Virus record (IMG/VR): IMGVR_UViG_3300025701_000007
Location: 1 to 64,000 of that record
Direction: 5' to 3' (one strand)
DNA from: a virus
DNA length: 64,000 nt
This document shows positions 1 through 9,700 of this stretch, in pieces (the first letter of the stretch is position 1; each line of letters opens with the position of its first letter). The position numbers were made by a program, and so were the translations under genes. The notes beneath the pieces are model-generated. The model was not told where the DNA came from, made no database searches, and was given only the letters and a program-made list of their open reading frames with translations.

Positions 1-1
1 A

Positions 2-3000
2 CCTTTAGTAACTGACAGCAAGAACGTACAGACTAACGTAACTAAAAGAGAGATAGCACAAAGAATATTAGGTAAATTATTAACTGAATGTGATTATTTC
101 GAGTTCCTATCAGAAGAAGCTCCAATAGTTTACGATAGTCTTAAACAGAAATTAAAGTATTTCACACCAGCTTTCCACTCTATGACACCAGAAGGTCTAA
201 ACGCCAGGTTAACATTCTTACAACAATGTATGAGACCAGGTGAGACTATACAAAAGATGCAAGGTGAATATAGTTGTGATGCTAAAAATACTAGTTTCGG
301 TAGACCACCAATATGTGTACTTAGAATAGGTGATTTTTATCACACTAAAATAGTTTTAAATAACTTAAATATAAGTTATGACCCACTTGTGTTTGACTTA
401 AACCCAGAAGGTATAGGTGTACAACCTATGTTAGCTAAAGTTAATGTTAATTTCAAATACATAGGTGGTCAAGGCCTAAGAAGACATGTTGATGAATTAC
501 AAACAGCGTTGTCTTTCAACTATTATGCTAACACAGACGTATATGACGAAAGAACGTTTGCTAATACAGATCAAAGGGAAAGAGATTTAATAAACTTAGA
601 ACAAGATTTCTTTGCTCAGAATACATTAGACTTAATCCCTATTGTAAAACAAGCTGAATTAATAACACCTTCAACAGAAAACCTTGAGATACCAGTAGGT
701 ACTATAGGTGTAATAAGTAAAAGGTTGTTACCTAAACTAGCTGGTGGTACTTACTACAATGAACTACTTAATGCTAAAACGTACAACCCAGCCGTAACAT
801 CTTACCAAACAGAAACATGCGTTATATGGCAAGGTCAATATTATGTTAGGAATAGTAAAAAAACTACACAACCACCTCTAAACCCAGAACCTACTAATTC
901 AGAATATTGGACAAAAGTAGATCATTCGAATTTTGGTGAACTAGCGTTTAGAGAAGAATACGGTAGAACCTACATGGAAAGGTATGAAATAAAGTACGAT
1001 GGTATATTTAATGAATTATACCAAACTTTTGGGGAATACACTAATAAACTAGTTAACGGTTCCAGTACAGATATAGGTATATCAGAATCAGGTTTTGAGT
1101 TAATTAAATTAGATGAAGAAGTAGCACCTGTTAGCGTAAACTACACATACAGAATTGTCTCTGAAATATTAAAAAATAAGAATTATCAAAAACCTCTAGT
1201 AGAAGTACCTTTCGCTATAACACCAGACACGATAACTGGAGCCACAAATAATACCGTAAATGGTTATGACATTAACAGTATTTCTGGTACAACATACGCT
1301 GAAGTATTTAATAACGTAGCTGACAGTAAAAGATATACCGAATTAGGTAACGTATTTAAGACAAATGAAATATTCTTAGGTACCACTAAAGGTAGTGCTA
1401 CTAAATTTGAAGCTATAAAACTGCACTTACACCCACAAGAATATATGTTCAAAGTTGGTGACGGTTTAGGGATAACCTATAAATTTGAAGCGAAAGACAG
1501 TGACTCGTTAGGTGACAACGGTATGAGTTCTAAATTCTTCCCTGGTAACTTAACTAATGGTTATACTAATAATAGACCCGATGCTTACTCAGAAACTGGT
1601 GGTATATTCTTAAAGGAAACCACAAAATCTAATGCTATCTATAGCGATATAATATACAACTTAGCACAAGAGTTTAAAACTAAAATAGCTTTAAACACTT
1701 TAGCTATATGGGATGAAAAATTAGACCCATCACTAAATACGTTTAATAACTTTTATACTGATTTAGATGATGCTCATAGAATAATATTCAAAACTTACCT
1801 GAATGAAAAATTCAATAATTACTATTCTGTTTTAGAACAATACAACGAAGAAACTAATAAAGAGTTAAGTGATAAAGTAAGTAAAATAAGCGTATTACTA
1901 GCTGGAATTTCTTTACCTACATATGGTTATGATGCTAGAAAAACAAAAGACGGTAAGACACAATTATATGAAGTGATACCAAACGGTAAAGAGTTGAAAT
2001 CCGATGTTGAATCGGATAGTCTATTCGGTTACAACCCTTACACTACTTATAAGACACTAGGTTATACTGGTGGTAATAAAATAGAATTTAGAGACGTAGA
2101 TAAGATATTTGAAAATGCGCAATTTAATAATGTAAGTCTAGAAGATTACATTTCTCTAGGTAACGGATTATATTTCTTTAAACAACAAACAAACTCCTAC
2201 TCAGGTCCAGGTCAATGGGATGATAACTCATGGACTAAAAACGAATACGAGAGAAACATGTCTTATATAAGCAAGGAATTTGGTTACTCAGATAGAACTG
2301 ACCTACCATTCCAATACGACTTTAAAAATATGTTACCAAAATCAGTAGAATTAGCTGATTCTAGTATAAATCTATATACTAATAAAAACTATTATTTTGA
2401 TACGGAATTCTCATTCAATCCTGGCCAATACGGTTCAAACACATCGTTAGAAACTACTGCCAATAACTTAGTAATGAGATCACCACAAGGCTCTATAGTC
2501 AACCAGAGTGACAATATATTCGAAGAATCGGATTACAAAATGAAATATGTTTGGGAAAAACTAAATTACGAGCTTTTTGATTTCAGTAATAAAACCTTAG
2601 ATTTAATGTTATCTGATGGTCTGGAAAGTAAGTTAAATGATTTAGATTTAACTTATAACATAGATTACGAGTTCGACAAACAATTAGAGGATTTAGTGAT
2701 AACAGGATCGACAACAGGGTCGACTACTGGAATAACAAACATGCCAGATTTATTATTTTATTACGGTGATAATAAAAGACCTAACTCTAGGATAACCAAG
2801 ACTAATTACTACATGTTCCATGATGAGAACGAAAATATAACAGGTACCGAACTAGAGAGTATACTAATTAAGTTTAACGAGGTTTTACCTTATAAATTCC
2901 CTATAAATGACGCTTTCGTTTCAGCTTTACCTACAGCTAATAAGAATAAAATATATTTAGATATTGTTGGTGAAATAGGTAATGAAACTAACGTTGAAAT

Positions 3001-3595
3001 GTCTGGGATGTTAGAGTTAATATTCTTAGAATTTATCTTAGAGTTATATATTAATAAAGCTGCACACATAGAAAGTTTAGATAAAATGTTCTCCGAATCT
3101 ATAGCAGTACCAGCTAATATAAAAAGTAACGAAAAAAAGAATGGTGCTTATATACTTAGAAAAAAGAAAAGGATTAAAAAGAATCTAAATGATGTCTTCA
3201 ATCTATTCGGTAAATTAATTGATTCTTACGAATCGGGTATAATAGAATTATACGATCATAACGAAGGTATTAAACTGGATACCGTTAAGAGCGTCAATAA
3301 AAATTTATTTGAAAAAGAATCTGATACATTATTATCACCAGATGAAATAAAGAGTGAATTAATAAAAGGTGAGGTAGAAGACTATACTTTATTGATGAGA
3401 GAGACTGGAAGTTTAGATCCTAACATGGTTAAAAACCTAGATATCTTTACAAATTACAAAAGTAACCCTATTATTAACTTAAGTTCTGCATTAGAACCAA
3501 AAACAGAACCAAAAGAATTGGTAACTAAATTAGCTCAAGAGTATCCAGAAGTGTATGGTATAGAAACCGAAACACCTACTGTACCAGAAGCTTAA
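2..3595 (+). CDS. Large baseplate/tail-tube-initiator-like structural protein, 5' truncated by window edge
   Basis: Frame is open from nt 2 (PLVTDSKNVQ...FHSM) into the tracked ORF at 182. Segment FGRPPICVLRIGDFYHTKIV...ISYD...QPMLAKVNVNFKYIG resembles gp48/gp54-type tube-initiator domains. Directly followed by a gp53/LysM-like gene. Confidence 0.55.
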   Translation, partial: PLVTDSKNVQTNVTKREIAQRILGKLLTECDYFEFLSEEAPIVYDSLKQKLKYFTPAFHSMTPEGLNARLTFLQQCMRPGETIQKMQGEYSCDAKNTSFGRPPICVLRIGDFYHTKIVLNNLNISYDPLVFDLNPEGIGVQPMLAKVNVNFKYIGGQGLRRHVDELQTALSFNYYANTDVYDERTFANTDQRERDLINLEQDFFAQNTLDLIPIVKQAELITPSTENLEIPVGTIGVISKRLLPKLAGGTYYNELLNAKTYNPAVTSYQTETCVIWQGQYYVRNSKKTTQPPLNPEPTNSEYWTKVDHSNFGELAFREEYGRTYMERYEIKYDGIFNELYQTFGEYTNKLVNGSSTDIGISESGFELIKLDEEVAPVSVNYTYRIVSEILKNKNYQKPLVEVPFAITPDTITGATNNTVNGYDINSISGTTYAEVFNNVADSKRYTELGNVFKTNEIFLGTTKGSATKFEAIKLHLHPQEYMFKVGDGLGITYKFEAKDSDSLGDNGMSSKFFPGNLTNGYTNNRPDAYSETGGIFLKETTKSNAIYSDIIYNLAQEFKTKIALNTLAIWDEKLDPSLNTFNNFYTDLDDAHRIIFKTYLNEKFNNYYSVLEQYNEETNKELSDKVSKISVLLAGISLPTYGYDARKTKDGKTQLYEVIPNGKELKSDVESDSLFGYNPYTTYKTLGYTGGNKIEFRDVDKIFENAQFNNVSLEDYISLGNGLYFFKQQTNSYSGPGQWDDNSWTKNEYERNMSYISKEFGYSDRTDLPFQYDFKNMLPKSVELADSSINLYTNKNYYFDTEFSFNPGQYGSNTSLETTANNLVMRSPQGSIVNQSDNIFEESDYKMKYVWEKLNYELFDFSNKTLDLMLSDGLESKLNDLDLTYNIDYEFDKQLEDLVITGSTTGSTTGITNMPDLLFYYGDNKRPNSRITKTNYYMFHDENENITGTELESILIKFNEVLPYKFPINDAFVSALPTANKNKIYLDIVGEIGNETNVEMSGMLELIFLEFILELYINKAAHIESLDKMFSESIAVPANIKSNEKKNGAYILRKKKRIKKNLNDVFNLFGKLIDSYESGIIELYDHNEGIKLDTVKSVNKNLFEKESDTLLSPDEIKSELIKGEVEDYTLLMRETGSLDPNMVKNLDIFTNYKSNPIINLSSALEPKTEPKELVTKLAQEYPEVYGIETETPTVPEA

Positions 3596-3611
3596 ACTAA
3601 AAGATATAATT

Positions 3612-3935
3612 ATGGCATTAAACTACTTTAATAGATACAAGACGTTAAGTTCTGATGAAAAGCAAACTTCAGCACCCTTCGTTAAATTAACAGAAAAATC
3701 TACAGATTTATTCACCGTTTACGAAGTAGGTAAGTCTAGACTAGATAAACTAAGTCAGGAGTACTATTCAGCACCATACTACGGATGGTTAATATTGATG
3801 GCTAATCCAGACGTAGCCTCTTCTGAATGGGAGATACCTAACAATACTAGTATAAGGATACCTTACCCACTAACACAGACTTTAAACGAGTATGAAACTA
3901 AATTACAAAACAGAATAGATTATTATGGCGAGTAA
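3612..3935 (+). CDS. Baseplate wedge protein, gp53/LysM (tail X)-like
   Basis: SRLDKLSQEYYSAPYYGWLILMANP...IRIPYP is the LysM-like signature of T4 gp53/P2 gpX proteins; baseplate context. Confidence 0.75.
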   Translation: MALNYFNRYKTLSSDEKQTSAPFVKLTEKSTDLFTVYEVGKSRLDKLSQEYYSAPYYGWLILMANPDVASSEWEIPNNTSIRIPYPLTQTLNEYETKLQNRIDYYGE

Positions 3936-6783
3936 TTACGATGAAAAAATATTAGCAACATTTGGAAAAAGAGACAAAAGGTCTATAGATCCATCTCAAC
4001 CAGACGAATCTGTTAATGGTGTTTTCGTTGTAGATCCGAATAAAGTCATTGACTCAGAGGACAACATAAAACCCAGGTATATAAAACAGGAAGACCTTGT
4101 TATGTACGCTAATATCACAGCTAGGTTAAACCCAGACAGTACAATAATTGAGGGTACCGATAATAACGATACTAACTTTATAACAATAGGTAGAGTGGGT
4201 GTTAACGCACTAAACCCTCTAAAGACAACTACAAAGGATTCTAACGGAAACACAAATTTTAATGGGTACAAAAACTCTTTCACTACTGATTGGTCAGATT
4301 ACTTTACGTCAAACGAAAGTGAAGGTTCTTTTTTCGATCCAGAGACTTTTGGTATATCAAATATAGATGTTACACATAACGCTAGCTTAGTACCCATTAT
4401 AAAAGTTGATTTCATAGATGTACAAGGACGAACCTTATTAGAGAGAGGTGATGACGAAACGAACCCTTACAATATATTTTATAGGTTTCCATATCCGTTG
4501 TTTACATTAACCATTAAAGGTTATTATGGTAAAGCTATAGAATACCCGTTATCGATGATAAAGACGAGTACAACATTCGATAGTACAACAGGTAACTACA
4601 TAATTAAAGCCGAATTCTTATCCAGAACATTTTCAATATACAATAACTTCTTAATGGCATATGCTGCGGTGGCACCATATATGTACAAAGTAGAAGGTAC
4701 TAACGATTTTTTAGGGAAAAGGTTATTAAAAGGTTTATACCAAAAACAAAACTTAAAATATAAAGAATTATATGGTGAGAATAGTAACGAATACAAGAAG
4801 TTAGAGTTTACTAAATACCCGAGTATACAAGATCTAAGTAGAGCCGAAAATGTATTGGGTTACGATAACCTAAGTGTAACTCAAGAGTTAGAAGTTATTA
4901 AAAATAAAAAATCTGATGCTTATAAAGCATTGGCGGACATAAACAATGGTTTCAGTTTTACTGATTACGAAATAGACCAAGAAATAGGAAGTTATTACAA
5001 CCAGAGAAACGATGAATGGTATTTAAACAATGATGCTATAAACGATAAATATATACCATCATCTAACGATGGGTTTTACCTAGAGGATACATTGAGGGGG
5101 TATAGAGAAGCCCTAGAATTAGGTAACGACTTACTACTTGAAGAATTAAAAACTGATATAAAAAATAAGATAAGTGAACCTGTATACGGCTTACCAAATA
5201 CTTATTTGGGGTACATAAATAATCTAAATTCTGATTATAATTTATCCGAATTGATTAGTGATGATTTATTAATAATTAATAAAACTACTAAAACCGATAA
5301 AGAAAGTTTAAGTAAGGTATATGTAACATATAAACACGTAAGAACATTAAACGACATAATAACAAGAAGTATAAGTGAGTTTTACGAAAAACAGAGTAAT
5401 AATGTAACAGATAACTTCACATATGATTTAAAAAAGAAAATAGGTTATGTACCTAATATGGGTAACGTCGTTCGTATACTAATGAATAACATGCAGGTAT
5501 TCCTATCCATGTTAAACTTAGTAGGTTTAAATGCGGCGAATCAATTGAACAACGATTACGATAGACAAGGTAACCAAAAAAGTTTTGGTGAAACTATCAA
5601 CGATAATTATTACCCATTCCCTAATTATTATGAAAAAAAATATGATGAAAATATAGACGATACCACGATACAAAAAACATACCCTGGAAACGAATATACT
5701 AAAGATTGGTTCGAAGTACAGTTTGTGGAAGAAATTTTTAGGGCGTTAAAAGAATTAGATTATATTCCTGATAAAACTATAGATAGTGATAGTGAAACCA
5801 CTTACGAATACAAAAATACAAGTAAACCCGTTAATAACATAACATCAGACAGAAAATTTGGTCTTCTATCAACATTATTAGTTGAAAATAATTTAGATTA
5901 TTATAATATAGAACAAACGTCATTTGAATCGTTTGAAGAGTTTATAAGTAAAATATTATCATTTTCAACCCTAGGATTTTTAAATATAAATGGTGATAAA
6001 AGTAAAATAGGTGAGATAACCAAATTAATGGTTGATCATGAATACGATCTTATACAGAGACGACTAAGTGGTTTATCCGAAAATGATAGACTAGAGTACA
6101 CTAACAATATGATGTATTACTACGATCTATCTGGTACCCCTAATTACGAGGCTATATGTTCGAACAGAGTTACTTTAGGTGCGTATAACAATAATTATGA
6201 AGCTGTAATAAGTCAAGTAAGACCTCAGATATTTAAAATGAGGGAATTAATTAATAGTGACTACAGTATAGCCGAGTTCAATAAGGTATATGAAGATATT
6301 GAGAACTTAATAGATAAAGCTGTAGATATAAACCAATTTAAATCAATATACGATTACGAACCACTTAGGTATAAAAATAAAAGGAATCAAAACGGGTTAA
6401 TTGGTATAAAGTCTTTATTTTTTAAAGGATTAGACTATCATGATGAGTATGAGGGTTACTCTGTATCACTAAACAAATTTAGTGACGAACTGAATAATTA
6501 TAGAGCGGAAGGTGGTGACACCATAGACGTACCCACATTAGGTATGTATTCTTATTATATAACAGATTCAACTAGAGATGTAATTTTCGACGATAAAAAT
6601 GTTGGTAAACACAAACCTAAATATTTAGATAAAAGAGTTAATTATAAGATAGATAATAAAGTATCGTCGAATAATAGGTACTCTAACGCATTAGCACTAT
6701 CCAATAAAACAGATAATTTATTTGGTATGGATCCAGATAAAAAGGAATCTAGTAATATTAAGTATAGTAAAATAAATTTATAA
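3925..6783 (+). CDS. Baseplate hub-like structural protein (N-terminal hub-type module)
   Basis: 952 aa; FGISNIDV...PIIKVDFIDVQGRTL...YPLFTLTIKGYYG resembles hub N-terminal beta domains; lies between the gp53-like gene and the hub C-terminal-like gene. Confidence 0.5.
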   Translation: MASNYDEKILATFGKRDKRSIDPSQPDESVNGVFVVDPNKVIDSEDNIKPRYIKQEDLVMYANITARLNPDSTIIEGTDNNDTNFITIGRVGVNALNPLKTTTKDSNGNTNFNGYKNSFTTDWSDYFTSNESEGSFFDPETFGISNIDVTHNASLVPIIKVDFIDVQGRTLLERGDDETNPYNIFYRFPYPLFTLTIKGYYGKAIEYPLSMIKTSTTFDSTTGNYIIKAEFLSRTFSIYNNFLMAYAAVAPYMYKVEGTNDFLGKRLLKGLYQKQNLKYKELYGENSNEYKKLEFTKYPSIQDLSRAENVLGYDNLSVTQELEVIKNKKSDAYKALADINNGFSFTDYEIDQEIGSYYNQRNDEWYLNNDAINDKYIPSSNDGFYLEDTLRGYREALELGNDLLLEELKTDIKNKISEPVYGLPNTYLGYINNLNSDYNLSELISDDLLIINKTTKTDKESLSKVYVTYKHVRTLNDIITRSISEFYEKQSNNVTDNFTYDLKKKIGYVPNMGNVVRILMNNMQVFLSMLNLVGLNAANQLNNDYDRQGNQKSFGETINDNYYPFPNYYEKKYDENIDDTTIQKTYPGNEYTKDWFEVQFVEEIFRALKELDYIPDKTIDSDSETTYEYKNTSKPVNNITSDRKFGLLSTLLVENNLDYYNIEQTSFESFEEFISKILSFSTLGFLNINGDKSKIGEITKLMVDHEYDLIQRRLSGLSENDRLEYTNNMMYYYDLSGTPNYEAICSNRVTLGAYNNNYEAVISQVRPQIFKMRELINSDYSIAEFNKVYEDIENLIDKAVDINQFKSIYDYEPLRYKNKRNQNGLIGIKSLFFKGLDYHDEYEGYSVSLNKFSDELNNYRAEGGDTIDVPTLGMYSYYITDSTRDVIFDDKNVGKHKPKYLDKRVNYKIDNKVSSNNRYSNALALSNKTDNLFGMDPDKKESSNIKYSKINL

Positions 6784-9700
6784 TGAGTACATTAGAAACG
6801 TTTTTAAAGGACAGGTACCTAAACCTAAAACACGATGATATAGACGCTTTAATAAAGTCTGATGATAACGGTTTTGCTATAAGTATAGTTGAATACACTA
6901 AAAATACTCTACGTAATTATACAGAAGGGTTAAACGAAGAATGTTTATTAAAAAACGATCAGATATATACCTGGTTGGATGGTACTATAAAAGACTACCC
7001 AGTCGGAACTAATTTCAGTAAAAATTTAAGTGCAGCTACACCAAATCATGCCATATTTGCACAAGCTACTGTTGAGGGTTTAAAAAGAGGTAATTTCGAA
7101 AAAAGTGCTCAACTACTAGTAAGTTCATTACACACTAAATCTAACCCAGACGATCTATCTGACAGATGGGTTATAGACGACCTAATAAACACATTCAAAA
7201 AATCGCAAGGTTTAGTCGAATTACCGATAAGTACTGTCCTTAAAATAGGAGCTCTTTACGACTCGTATTATTATAAAGAAAAGGATGGACCAATAAATTT
7301 CAGTACGATAAATGGGTTGTCAACTAAAGAAGGTATTGATCTACTTAACAGTGATGACGTATTATATAAACATTACGGTACTTACGGTTTCAGTGAAAAA
7401 GATCTAGCTATAGTAACATCACCATTCATAAGACCTATAACACCAAAATCTATAGACGATAAAATGTTAAACGGTTTTGAAAATTATAGTAACACCAATA
7501 TAACTAAAAATTATAGAACTAGTTTTTATAATTTCGATAACGGTAGATACGAAAGCATTAGTAATAACATATCCTCACACATACCATTTTCTGGTTACGG
7601 GGTTTTAAATAATTACCTAAACACTATGTCTAAGATATTCTTTAAAGAAGGTCTAGATGGTGGTGAAGTTAACGCAAGTATTAACGATGATAAAATACCA
7701 TACCATATAATAGGTAATTACAACGGTAGACTTAAAACTATAAAAACTTATAATGACCAGCATATAAATCTAATGACTTCGTACAACAGTTACGGTGTAA
7801 ATGTAGAGTTTGAGTTAGAAGATATTGTAGAAGAGTTTAGTGCGTTAACCTCCTCGATCACATTAGATGATGATTTTATATTCACAAACAAATATAGTAA
7901 AGAAAAGATCGAGTTCTTTTTAATCCTATCTAAGATTAAAGTTAACTACCTTAATGGTACATATACCCTACCAGAAGTCTATAATAAGATGAGAGATTTA
8001 TGTGAAATAAATAACTTAGGTGCCAAAGAGAATGACGAATACGAACTACCAGATTTAGTGGCATTATTATTATACTCTATGTACCCACCAGACGGTCCAG
8101 AGCCTAGTGAGGGTTTAAATAGACCTAACAAGAAATATAAAATACTATCTAAATACCTTGTTGATGAAAATTCTTTCATAGGTATATCTACAGAAGAACC
8201 AAGCCCAAATAACCAAGGTTTATCTTTACAAAAAGAGATAATTAAACTGGAGGGTAATTACGTAGAAATTTTTAGGGTTGTATCTAAATTACTTATAGAG
8301 ATATGGTCTAAAGAGTTAGTTAACGATAAGACTAGAAAATTAAATAAATTAGATAAAAAAGGTACTTTTGTTCTATATCCAGGTGCTGGTGGCGCTATAG
8401 ATCTAGACACACTATTTTCAAAGAAAAGGGTTGATAAAAGGGTTAATTCAAAGAAAAGTGTTAAGAGTGGTATAAGAAGTTTAAAAAAGAGTAACGTTGT
8501 TGCTTCGACTATAACCGAGAACGACTTATCCACATCAGGGTTTATAAGTGTAGAGGCTAAACATTATAAGTTAAACGGACCATCTCCATGGTACGATAAA
8601 ACTTATATTAATGATATACTAATGTATCAAAACGAGTCTTTCTATACTAGATATGAAGAAATTGTTGACGCAATAAATAGACCGAGTACAGAACTCGATA
8701 AAATTAAATTTTTCCAACGCAACCCTTCAGAGGACGATAACGATTTTAGTATTTTAGACAACACGTTAGATTATCTAGGTAAATTTGAGGTAGAATACTT
8801 CAAACCACAATCATACCCATCTAATGCTACAACAATAAACTATTTAGATAGATACGATGACGTACATTTAATTGGTAACAAGATAGATATAGCTAACAGT
8901 TCTTTTGATAATAAATTATTAGTATTAAACACACCTAGGTTACTATGGTTTGAACACCCTAACAACAGACCATCAATAGGTGGTGTTGAAGAAAACAGAC
9001 CATCACTAGGTTATGTTGAAGAAAACAAGTTCTTAAAAAGTGATGGTGTTAATTTTATGCGAGGGTTGTACGACATCAAAGAAAGGGTACACAACTCTTT
9101 TAATATGGTTGGTTTAGAATCTAAAGAAATAGAGGATTTAACTAACAACACGATATTACACACTGGATACTATTTTAACGGTAGTCTCAAAGACTTTACC
9201 TTCAAAGACTACCCAGTCGGAAAAGGGTTATACAATTCTTATCAAAGAATTGTTAACAATCCTTATGATTGGTCAAATCCCGCAGACATAGACACTTATA
9301 GTAATGATTCGGTTAAAGCATATGACACTTATTCAGCCAAATCTTTAATCGATATATTCGATGTGGATAAACTAGAAGATTTTAGGTTATTGTACAAACA
9401 ATTTAGTGGTGATGACACCAGTGAGTATTTTACTAAAACTTTCAATACATTTAACTTCAAAAGTTTGGTAAGACATTTAAACACTGTTGGTTATAGCGAT
9501 ATAAGCGAAAATTTAACTTTAAATGGTAGGAGTTTCAGTAGGGACGAGATATCAGCATTACTTTGCGGGTACACGGGTCACTTCATAGAATTTGGTTCTA
9601 GAAACGGCTTAAGTAGATTAATAAATACTAGCTTAACGATAGCACAGGAGAGTAAGGCTAAGTTCGTTATAGACGAGTTCATGAATGATAAGATAACCGT

